Positions 10,077-17,687 of a stretch of DNA of 32,000 nucleotides are shown in pieces. Source of the stretch: Planctopirus limnophila DSM 3776 (lineage in GTDB: Bacteria > Planctomycetota > Planctomycetia > Planctomycetales > Planctomycetaceae); NCBI RefSeq assembly GCF_000092105.1, contig NC_014148.1, positions 210,001 to 242,000 on the forward strand. The letters run 5' to 3'. Within the stretch, counting starts at the first letter, position 1. Every line of letters begins with the position of its first letter. A program made the translations under genes and the position numbers. The notes under the pieces were generated by a model. That model worked only from the letters and a program-made list of their open reading frames with translations. It had not been told where the DNA came from and did no database searches.

Positions 10077-10403
10077 ATGTTGAAGACACTTTATGGCGAT
10101 GAAAACGGGGCGATCATTTCGGCAGAACTGGTACTCGTGCTGACAGTTCTTGTGCTGGGCGTGATTGTCGGCCTCAGCGAAGTGGCTGTGGCTGTGAATA
10201 CCGAATTGAATGATCTCTCGAACGCGATCGGCCGTCTGGATCAGTCGTACTGCTTTACGGGTTTTAAGGCTTACAGTTATGGCAAGCTGAAGAGCCATGT
10301 CTCCGGCTCGTCGTACAAAGACAGTATTGATGACTGCGATGTGAACGGCAGCTGCGAATTGGTTTGCGGTGCCAACAGCGTCGGATACTCCGAAGGTAAC
10401 TAA
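10077..10403 (+). CDS. Small (108 aa) hypothetical protein with a Flp/TadE-like hydrophobic N-terminus and a Cys-rich C-terminal half
   Basis: GGGAG RBS 8 nt upstream of the ATG. N-terminus MLKTLYGDENG|AIISAELVLVLTVLVLGVIVGL resembles class III pilin signals. The C-terminal half has 4 Cys (SYCFTGF...DDCDVNGSCELVCG). A strong terminator lies downstream. Family assignment is tentative. Confidence 0.5.
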   Translation: MLKTLYGDENGAIISAELVLVLTVLVLGVIVGLSEVAVAVNTELNDLSNAIGRLDQSYCFTGFKAYSYGKLKSHVSGSSYKDSIDDCDVNGSCELVCGANSVGYSEGN

Positions 10404-10470
10404 TTTCTTGGGAATGAGTCAGTCGCATTCCCGTAAGGTTTTGCGGATCAATGCTTCGATGATGAGTGTT

Positions 10471-10512
10471 CTCAGCGGCCACGAGTGCATCTTGGCCGCT
10501 GAGATTTTTTTA
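10471..10512 (+). terminator. Rho-independent terminator after the small pilin-like gene
   Basis: Perfect 11-bp stem CTCAGCGGCCA / TGGCCGCTGAG with an 11-nt loop, followed by a 7-T run. Confidence 0.75.
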
Positions 10513-10646
10513 TGCCCGGCACTCTTTGCTCCAGGGAGCTTCAGGCGGCCGGTGTCCATCACCCAGTGAGTATTGACGGGGGAGATCGACAGGACGCTTT
10601 TACTTGGCCAGTACTGGGGATGTCCTGAAATTCCAGGCTGATCTCT

Positions 10647-11819
10647 CTACTTGCTCCACTCACCCAGTTCGACGATCAGTTGTTTTCTCTGACCATCGCG
10701 GAGAATATCCACTTCGACTTTATCGCCTGGGCTTTTCTCCCCAATCAGCTTGACCAGATGGTCGAACGTCGAAACTTCCTGGCCTCCGAAGCGGAGCACA
10801 AGATCTTCCTCCTTGAGTCCGGCTTTATCAGCCGGGCTACCTGCCTTTACGATACTCAGTCGCATGGGTGTCTCACCCTGGTTCGATGTGACTCCCAGGT
10901 AAGCCAGCCCTCGTTCCTGAATCTGTAAGCCAGGGAGATCTCCCTGCAATTCGGCCAAAGCTCTCGGGGTTATAGCCGCACTCTTGACGTAGTAAACCAG
11001 ATCCAGTCGAGGGATTCGGGTGAGATAATGCAGTCCGGCATCTCCACCTTTATAGCCACGACCAATGACGGCGTACCTTTTGAAGTCTTCCTCATCAGCT
11101 TCGTTTGCTTGAATACGGCCTCTCAGACCAAAGACTCCCACTTGCTTTTCAATGACTCCGCCGAGTTTCTCGAACTGTCTGATGGCCAGTTCCGATGTGC
11201 GCTGTTCATGCTGCCGCATGGCGGCTTTGGAAATCGCGAGCGTACTGTTGGAGACCTGCTCAAGATTTTCCAACAGATCGCAAATCTGCTCGAGGGAATG
11301 ATCATCGGCAGTGGCCATCCAGGTCTTCAGGACGTTAGCCAGTCGAACCTTGGCTTCGAGTGAGGCTGTGTTCCATGTCTCCGGGAGAGTGCTCACCGCC
11401 CGGGGAGTGAGTGCAGCCAAACTCTCTTCGGCCCGTTCTCTTGTCACAAAATCGGGATGATCCAGTTGCGAGAATAACTGCGTCACCTGCTGCTGAAGAG
11501 CTTCGCGTTCTGGGGCGGTCAGTGGTCGGGCATAAACGGGTGCTAAAGCCGAGACTGGTGGCTCGGGTTGAAATTCTGGCAGATCGTCTTCTTCGTCAGG
11601 AGTTGCGCTGAAAGGAGCACCATTTTGTGTGACCACCACTTTAGCTTGTGTCAGTCCCGGGATCACTGAAAGTGCTGGCAATTGCCCCCAGGCTGAATCG
11701 ACCTGCCAACAGAAGACGCCCGCTATCAATAATCGAGAGCACCATCGGTGCTCAACAGCTTTGAACGTATTGATCCAAAGGATAGGTTTGCGGATTGCTG
11801 ACTTGATTCTGCGTGCCAT
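10647..11819 (-). CDS. Secreted/membrane-anchored hypothetical protein with a C-terminal PDZ domain
   Basis: The track start is GTG 11825. ATG 11819 is preferred because an AAGGAG RBS sits 5 nt upstream. N-terminal hydrophobic signal/anchor (LLIAGVFCWQVDSAWG). The C-terminal ~90 aa, LGVTSNQ...SIVKAGSPADKAGLKEEDLVLRFGGQEV...GDKVEVDILRDGQ, is a typical PDZ fold signature. No protease motif was seen. Confidence 0.7.
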   Translation of the reverse strand: MARRIKSAIRKPILWINTFKAVEHRWCSRLLIAGVFCWQVDSAWGQLPALSVIPGLTQAKVVVTQNGAPFSATPDEEDDLPEFQPEPPVSALAPVYARPLTAPEREALQQQVTQLFSQLDHPDFVTRERAEESLAALTPRAVSTLPETWNTASLEAKVRLANVLKTWMATADDHSLEQICDLLENLEQVSNSTLAISKAAMRQHEQRTSELAIRQFEKLGGVIEKQVGVFGLRGRIQANEADEEDFKRYAVIGRGYKGGDAGLHYLTRIPRLDLVYYVKSAAITPRALAELQGDLPGLQIQERGLAYLGVTSNQGETPMRLSIVKAGSPADKAGLKEEDLVLRFGGQEVSTFDHLVKLIGEKSPGDKVEVDILRDGQRKQLIVELGEWSK

Positions 11820-12019
11820 CGTCACTCCTTCAGCAATCTGCCATCCATGATCATTGGGAGATCAACACAAACAGCAAACTCCAACACAGGCTCCATCCGC
11901 AGAAAACCCGGGCCTACGAGTTAATGGAAGTTGCTCAAGCATTGTAAGCCTTCTCGCCACGGCGTAAATGCGCAGTTGTCGGATCGGGTGAAATTGTGAA
12001 CCGAACTGTCGATCAGAAG

Positions 12020-12058
12020 AAACAAAAAACCTGGCAAACTGAGGGGACGTTCGCCAGG
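12020..12058 (-). terminator. Rho-independent terminator after the 12093-13586 gene
   Basis: The minus strand reads CCTGGCGAAC-GTCCCCTCA-GTTTGCCAGG (10-bp stem including one G-U pair) followed by TTTTTTGTTT. Confidence 0.65.
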
Positions 12059-12092
12059 TCATTGAGCATACCGTTGGTTGAAATTGAGACGA

Positions 12093-13586
12093 TCAACTGG
12101 CGTTATTCGGGTCGTCATAGTTGCGGGGTTCGAGTTCGCGCGAACTGATGTCAATGGCCAGCACGACCGTGCGTTCCTCTCCCCCATTGGGATCGATGGC
12201 CACAGCCGGTATCACCTGACGGCCGGGAAGCAGTTTCATCCGCAACTGAAAGCGGCCTTCAGGAGAGACCGGCGTTGGCTTACCCATCAGCGTTAAAATC
12301 GCCAGCGGATGTGTTGTGCCGTGAACGATCAACTCAGATTCCAGGTTCAACTGAAAGCTGGAAAGCAACGCTCCGGCACTGTTCTCACGCGAGTGATGTG
12401 CTGCCAGACTGGCAAGTTGAGAATCTGTCAGTTCGTTTTGATTCAGACGACCTTCGGCAGTTGTGACAGGCCAGTCGAGCAGAGAATTTCCATTACTTTC
12501 GCTGGCTTTCCCATGCTGGGCAATGGCTTCATCCATGTGCACCGTGCTGGATTTGGCCAGCGGATGAAATTTTGCTCCACTGCTGAAGCCAATGACAATC
12601 CGATACGAACGCCCGGGGCCATCGACATGCGTGAACCAGAGATGATCGCGCGAGCCGACCACAATATCTCGCACGATACTGTTCGAGCAGACCACAGAAT
12701 CGTTGTCGGTCACATCGAGGAGTCTGAGTGTCGGCTTGGCTGTATGCCAGCTTTCCGCCATGGCGGACATGGCTCGATGCAGCGTCGCCTTCGAAAGACT
12801 CCAGCGAATCTGCAGCCATTGAGGATTCAATGGGCGGGCCTCGATCATATCATGAGGAGAATTGAGACATTCGTGCTCCCCATTTCCAACCTCTGAGTGT
12901 ATTGGGCTGGCGGATTTCAGCTTCGAATTTGTGGTTCCAGAAAGCTTCTTGGGCTCACGTGCGACGACAGGAGTCGGCTTGTTCTTCGCCATCGAACTGG
13001 TGGCCGTTGATTGAAGGCTGGATTTCGAGGAACCAACTGCCAGGGTGGAATTCTGTGTGGTGGATTTGCTGGCACTGGATGGTGCTGTCTTCGAAGAGGC
13101 CGGGTTTGCTGTTCGACGGGAGGCTGCAGCCACTCGTTTTGAATTCACCTGCTTCGAACTCTCGCGGGAATCTGCCTCGGAGGACATCGCTGCCGGGGAG
13201 CGTTTGGATTTCGATGCCGGGATGAGCTTTGCTGAACTTCTGGAAGGGGTGGTTTTCACCTTCTGAGTTGTCCCGGTGGCCTGAAGTGACGCGCCAGTGT
13301 TTGTCACAGCTTTGGGCTTCGATGCAGTGGACGACTTAACTGTCGTCGAGCGGCTGACTTGCTTTGCAGTTGATTGACGGCTACCCGGTTTTGTGCCGTT
13401 CCGCACTTCTTGAGAAGACTTGGCAGCCGCCGGCGCGCCTTTTGTCCCTGTTCTCGAGCCAGCCCTGATACCTGAGGACTTGCCCTTCATGGCTTTCCCG
13501 GCTGTCGTTTGGCCAGATTTCGGTTTGCCAGATTTCGACGTGGAAGTGGCAGGTGGAGTGCGGTTGGACTTGGCGGAGGCTGGCAT
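12093..13586 (-). CDS. Hypothetical protein: ~235-aa basic Ser/Thr/Lys/Ala-rich low-complexity N-terminus plus a DUF4912-like C-terminal domain
   Basis: 497 aa. Residues 1-235 are almost entirely S/T/K/A/G/R/P. The C-terminal half begins IEARPLNPQWLQIRWSL. This resembles, from memory, the characteristic start of DUF4912 domains (..D..WLYAYWE.). The domain call is from recollection and has not been searched. Confidence 0.6.
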   Translation of the reverse strand: MPASAKSNRTPPATSTSKSGKPKSGQTTAGKAMKGKSSGIRAGSRTGTKGAPAAAKSSQEVRNGTKPGSRQSTAKQVSRSTTVKSSTASKPKAVTNTGASLQATGTTQKVKTTPSRSSAKLIPASKSKRSPAAMSSEADSRESSKQVNSKRVAAASRRTANPASSKTAPSSASKSTTQNSTLAVGSSKSSLQSTATSSMAKNKPTPVVAREPKKLSGTTNSKLKSASPIHSEVGNGEHECLNSPHDMIEARPLNPQWLQIRWSLSKATLHRAMSAMAESWHTAKPTLRLLDVTDNDSVVCSNSIVRDIVVGSRDHLWFTHVDGPGRSYRIVIGFSSGAKFHPLAKSSTVHMDEAIAQHGKASESNGNSLLDWPVTTAEGRLNQNELTDSQLASLAAHHSRENSAGALLSSFQLNLESELIVHGTTHPLAILTLMGKPTPVSPEGRFQLRMKLLPGRQVIPAVAIDPNGGEERTVVLAIDISSRELEPRNYDDPNNAS

Positions 13587-14025
13587 GGAGTCAGATTCCA
13601 GGAAGATCGAGGTTAAGTGGCTGAAAAAGCCACAAAACTTCCGAACATGTTGACAATCTGAGACTTCCGAAACACCGAGCGATCAGAAAGCAGCGTGGTC
13701 GCTACTTTCTTGCAGCCGATGTGACCCTCCATGATCCAGGAAGATTAAGAACGAGTTGTTTTCGAAAAATTAACTTCAACAAGCACCTATATGTCATACC
13801 CGAGTGGCAGGGAGAGTCGCAATTGATCCTTGCGATATTGTGAACATTTTTCGATCAATTGAATGACAAGCCGACGGAGATTTGCACCCGGGAGCGATTA
13901 CACCAGTTGGGTAATTCTTGATGAAGAAGAAATGGAGGGGAATTCTCAGACTGGAAAATTCATCGCCGCCAAAGGAGTTCATTCTGGCCAAAACTGAGAA
14001 AAAAAAGTCCATCATTCTCGCCAAA

Positions 14026-14054
14026 TTGCTTTGTCTGAGAAAACGCATTACATT
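14026..14054 (+). promoter_or_regulatory. Candidate sigma70-type promoter for the atp operon
   Basis: TTGCTT (14026-14031), a 17-nt spacer, then TACATT (14049-14054), about 60 nt upstream of the atpZ-like ATG. Promoter consensus in this phylum is poorly defined, so confidence is low. Confidence 0.25.
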
Positions 14055-14116
14055 TTCGACAGATGACATTCTGCCCAATCGCTGCTGTATGCGTAACGAG
14101 CCTGTCAAGGTGTTTT

Positions 14117-14440
14117 ATGCCGAAAACTGGCTCGACAAATGCATCCAGTCAACGAGGGTTGAGTCCACTGGCGGTCGGTTATTTGTGGGCAAGTCGCGTG
14201 GGGAACATGGGATTGCAGATGGCTCTCCCTGCCCTTGCTGGTTACTGGATTGACTTGCAATGGCTCACTCGACCGGTATTCACAATTTCAGGAGCTGTTC
14301 TCGGATTTGCACTGTTCATGCTGAAACTCCTGGCGCTCGCTAAGGAGTTGTCCAAGTCGAGTTCTCAAGCGGGGTTAGGCGCATCCTCATCTTCGAAGTC
14401 AGATTCTCAACAAAAGGCAGGGCCTCGAAATTCGATTTAA
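14117..14440 (+). CDS. atpZ: AtpZ/AtpR-like small membrane protein (putative F0F1-ATPase-associated subunit, ATPase_gene1 family)
   Basis: The track ORF was trimmed from 14063 to ATG 14117. Two TM helices carrying the family-like pattern VGNMGLQMALPALAGYWIDLQWLTRPVFTISGAVLGFALF. It is the first gene of the atp operon. Confidence 0.6.
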   Translation: MPKTGSTNASSQRGLSPLAVGYLWASRVGNMGLQMALPALAGYWIDLQWLTRPVFTISGAVLGFALFMLKLLALAKELSKSSSQAGLGASSSSKSDSQQKAGPRNSI

Positions 14441-14630
14441 GTAGAACTTTGTTGTGCCAAGTCCGGGAGCTCAGTCTCAAGTTAGGTTCAGTCCTTCGGA
14501 ACTCATCTCATAGGGTCTGTCGATAGCTGATACTGATGTTGTTGGAGAAAGTTCTGTAAGACGTCCAAGTGAAACGAAGTGTTCTTGCGGTGATCTCCCG
14601 AGGAGTCGGTTCTGGGGATTGAGAGAATAG

Positions 14631-15104
14631 ATGGTGGTGAATTTGAGTCGAGGTGTGTTGGTTGGGCTTCAGGTCGGCTTGCTTTTGTTCGCCGCCCTTG
14701 TCGGAGGAGGACTGGTTGGGGGGCTGCTGCAGTCGCAAGGTTCGCAAAACTGGCGTGAAGTTCTGATTGCCGGCCTTATTTGTCTGGTGCCTTCACTGGT
14801 TTCGGTTGTTTGGAATGAGTGGCTGGTGGTGGGGCGTCATTCGCAGAATGTAAAAGCTGCTCCATCAGGGGCAGCAAGTTCTGTGCAGGCGATGTCGGCA
14901 CTGGGTGGTATGGGTTTGCGGATGGGGGCGGTTGCTATTGGAATTGTCTTGTTGCCAAAGATCTTTTCTGACTGGCAAACGAAACCGTTCTTCTATAGCG
15001 TACTGGTCGTTTACGTTCTTCTGTTGGTGATTGAAACATCCTTTCTGCTTTATGGACTCAAGCATTTCGCATCTCTGCCCAGGGCGAGTTCAGAGAACCT
15101 TTGA
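14631..15104 (+). CDS. atpI: ATP synthase protein I-like membrane protein
   Basis: 157 aa with about 4 predicted TM helices, lying immediately upstream of atpB, the canonical atpI position. Sequence similarity was not verified. Confidence 0.5.
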   Translation: MVVNLSRGVLVGLQVGLLLFAALVGGGLVGGLLQSQGSQNWREVLIAGLICLVPSLVSVVWNEWLVVGRHSQNVKAAPSGAASSVQAMSALGGMGLRMGAVAIGIVLLPKIFSDWQTKPFFYSVLVVYVLLLVIETSFLLYGLKHFASLPRASSENL

Positions 15105-15202
15105 GGGTGTCTCGTTCTCGATAGTTAATTTTGCATTGCCGGTTATTTTGAAGATTGATTCGTTCGTTGAGATCTGTGTTTAGCAGCTAATGACGGAATC
15201 CT

Positions 15203-16222
15203 ATGTCAGCGGACCACAACGATTACTTTCACCATATCAGTGATGCACTCGAATTCGAGATGCCCGAGTTTGTGTACTCGTTCATCGACCGAGGGTACTT
15301 TCACCTGCCCAAGATCTTCAGTTTTCAGATCACCAAATTCATGGTGATGCAGGTCCTGGCGGCAGTGCTGGTTTACCTGATTTTCCGCGGGCTTGCGAAA
15401 CAGGTTGCCAATGGCGAACCTGCCCGAGGGAGATGGTGGAATTTCTGGGAAACTCTTGCGGTTTTCGTACGGGATGAAGTCGTCCGATCTTCGATCAGCG
15501 AGCCTCACGCACACCACGACGATCATGGTCACGGTCAGACTCACGCCCAGGCGAACTATCATGCTCAGGCTTATGTCGATGCAGGGCAGACGCATGTTCA
15601 CGGCCATGTGCAACCTCAGTTAGCTGCTGTTGGCGGTCACGTGATGGCGACGAGCATTGATGAATCCAAGGATCTGGCTTCGACCGGAACTCATTACGCA
15701 GATCGCTTTCTGCCGTTCATCTGGTCGCTGTTTTTCTACATTCTGTTCTGTAACCTCCTGGGAGCCTTCCCTCTCTTCGGCACGGCCACAGCCAGTACTA
15801 GTGTCACTGGCGTGCTGGCGTTAAGCGTGCTGGTGGTCACGATTGGCGCTGGGATTAAACAATCGGGGGCTGTTGGTTTCTGGAAATCGCTGGTTCCCTC
15901 AATGGATATTCCCGGCATCATTGGGCCACCGCTGAAAGCACTGATCTTCGTCATTGAGCTTGCTGGGCTGTTTATCAAGCACACCGTGTTGGCGATTCGA
16001 TTGTTTGCCAACATGCTCGCGGGCCATGTGGTGATCGCTGTCTTTCTGAGCTTTATTGCAGCGACGGCGAACTCCGGGATTTTATGGTATGCAGTCACTC
16101 CCGCCAGTATTTTTGGGCAGTTGGCGATTGGTGCTCTGGAATTGTTTGTAGCCTTTTTGCAGGCTTACGTGTTCTCTTTGCTGGCGTCGTTATTCATTGG
16201 GGCGGCCGTCAATCCTCACTAA
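15203..16222 (+). CDS. atpB: F0F1 ATP synthase subunit a
   Basis: 339 aa, polytopic. Contains the conserved LAIRLFANMLAGH motif with the essential Arg. It is unusually long because of a His-rich insert after TM1. Confidence 0.93.
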   Translation: MSADHNDYFHHISDALEFEMPEFVYSFIDRGYFHLPKIFSFQITKFMVMQVLAAVLVYLIFRGLAKQVANGEPARGRWWNFWETLAVFVRDEVVRSSISEPHAHHDDHGHGQTHAQANYHAQAYVDAGQTHVHGHVQPQLAAVGGHVMATSIDESKDLASTGTHYADRFLPFIWSLFFYILFCNLLGAFPLFGTATASTSVTGVLALSVLVVTIGAGIKQSGAVGFWKSLVPSMDIPGIIGPPLKALIFVIELAGLFIKHTVLAIRLFANMLAGHVVIAVFLSFIAATANSGILWYAVTPASIFGQLAIGALELFVAFLQAYVFSLLASLFIGAAVNPH

Positions 16223-16376
16223 TGTTTGTTGTCGCTATGTGCTGAATGTTCGAAATGGGATTTTGCTGAACTCAATAATGAGTTCATTTTGACTAATTAA
16301 GCTGGGTGTGTATCCCGGTTGCAGAAACTAAAGCATCCCTGTGATGGGTGCGCATTTTTGGCAGGAGAGTGTTAAC

Positions 16377-16667
16377 GTGCAGGTTCTTTCTCTGATGACT
16401 CGCATCCTGGGTGCCTTCTGTGTTCTTGCCGTTCCAGCAATGGCTCAAGACGGTGGTGCTGCATCCGGCCCTATCGTTGTCAAGGCGATTGGCGTCGGGA
16501 TTGTGATTCTGGGCGCTGGCCTGGGAATTGGTAAGATTGGTTCTTCGGCTGTCGAAAGCATTGCTCGCCAGCCCGAAGCTGCCGGTGCTATTCAGACAGC
16601 CATGATTATTGCTGGTGCTCTGATCGAAGGTGCCACCCTCTTCGGTCTCATTATCTGTATGCTCTAA
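16377..16667 (+). CDS. atpE: F0F1 ATP synthase subunit c, with an N-terminal signal-peptide-like extension
   Basis: Hairpin core GAGLGIGKIGSSAVESIARQPEAAGAIQTAMIIAGALIEGATLFGLII with the conserved carboxylate Glu. GTG 16377 is preferred over the track start 16341 because an AGGAGA RBS lies 8 nt upstream. Confidence 0.9.
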   Translation: MQVLSLMTRILGAFCVLAVPAMAQDGGAASGPIVVKAIGVGIVILGAGLGIGKIGSSAVESIARQPEAAGAIQTAMIIAGALIEGATLFGLIICML

Positions 16668-16970
16668 TGCGGGTGTCCTTGCTACCTCATTTGCGAAGGC
16701 CTTTAACTGTCTTCAGCCAGTGGGATTAAGGATCGGCAGATCAATGATCTGAACCTGACTTTTGAGACGATGGACGCCATATCGTGGCCGCTCATCTGGG
16801 ATGGTGAACCTGCTGGTTTGGAACTTCACCGTATACGCGGGAAGGGTGATCTGGTCACAGATTGTCCTTCCTGACGATTATGATCGCTGGCGTTCCTGTT
16901 TGCTGAGATCTCAGTTCGACAACAGGCAGATTTCTCGTGATGAGCAGTCTGTGAAGGATTGTTTTCCACT

Positions 16971-17687
16971 ATGTACGCTCAAGCTTGCCAAGTGACATTC
17001 CAGTCCTCGACAGCCCGTCGTTCTGGCTGGTTGTGGAGCCTTTGTTTTTGTGCGATGGCTGGGCTTTTGCTTCAGGGATCGATTTCGGTTGCTGATGAAA
17101 AAGCCAAGCCAGATCACGGCTCGGAAACGGCTTCAACGACCGGACATGGTCACTCAGAAGACGCTCACAGTTCACAGGGATCGACCATCCCCTCAGGTAT
17201 GATTCCAAAACCTGACTTGATGGTCTGGTCGCTGATCACGTTTGTGGCCTTTGTCTTTCTGCTCAGTAAGTTTGCCTGGAAGCCCTTGGCAGCTGGTCTT
17301 GATCAACGCGAAGCACGCATTCGCAACGATATTCAAGAAGCCGAATCCGCTCGGCTGAAAGCCCAGCAACTTCTGGCTGAGCATGAAGCCCGGCTGGCAA
17401 AGACGGAAGAGACAGTGCGTGAGTTGATTGCAGAAGCCAAGCGCGATGCCGAAAAGGTTCGAGTCGATTTGACAGCTGCTGCTGAAGCGGATGTTCAAAC
17501 GATGAAGAAACGGGCAGTTTCTGAAATCGAGCAGGCTCGCGATGTCGCCTTGCAGCAACTCTTCGACACACTTTCGACACACGTCATGGATGCGACCAGC
17601 CGCATTGTGGGGCGCAGTTTGAATAGTGATGATCATCAGCGTCTGGTTCAGGAAGCTCTGGCTGAACTGAATGTACGCAGAAATTGA
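16971..17687 (+). CDS. atpF: F0F1 ATP synthase subunit b (start uncertain: 16971, 17055 or 17199)
   Basis: TM helix LMVWSLITFVAFVFLLSKFAWKPL followed by a long charged coiled coil (REARIRNDIQEAESARLKAQQLLAEHEARL...). An in-frame ~75-aa upstream extension holds a signal-like segment and a His-rich stretch. Confidence 0.85.
   Translation: MYAQACQVTFQSSTARRSGWLWSLCFCAMAGLLLQGSISVADEKAKPDHGSETASTTGHGHSEDAHSSQGSTIPSGMIPKPDLMVWSLITFVAFVFLLSKFAWKPLAAGLDQREARIRNDIQEAESARLKAQQLLAEHEARLAKTEETVRELIAEAKRDAEKVRVDLTAAAEADVQTMKKRAVSEIEQARDVALQQLFDTLSTHVMDATSRIVGRSLNSDDHQRLVQEALAELNVRRN

Noticed and set aside
9676-10102. ORFs 9676-9987 (103 aa) and 9824-10102 (92 aa), including an internal ATG at 9941 directly abutting AGGAGG
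   Set aside because: The first spans the guaA terminator hairpin. The second overlaps the start of the better-supported 10077 gene. The AGGAGG-ATG spacing at 9941 is 0 nt, which is incompatible with normal initiation. Neither shows any motif.
16762-16995. 77-aa ORF in the atpE-atpF spacer
   Set aside because: It has a TTG start and no RBS, a Arg/Trp-rich composition unlike the neighbouring genes, and it overlaps the atpF start region. It is treated as non-coding, but the spacer itself is flagged as a finding.
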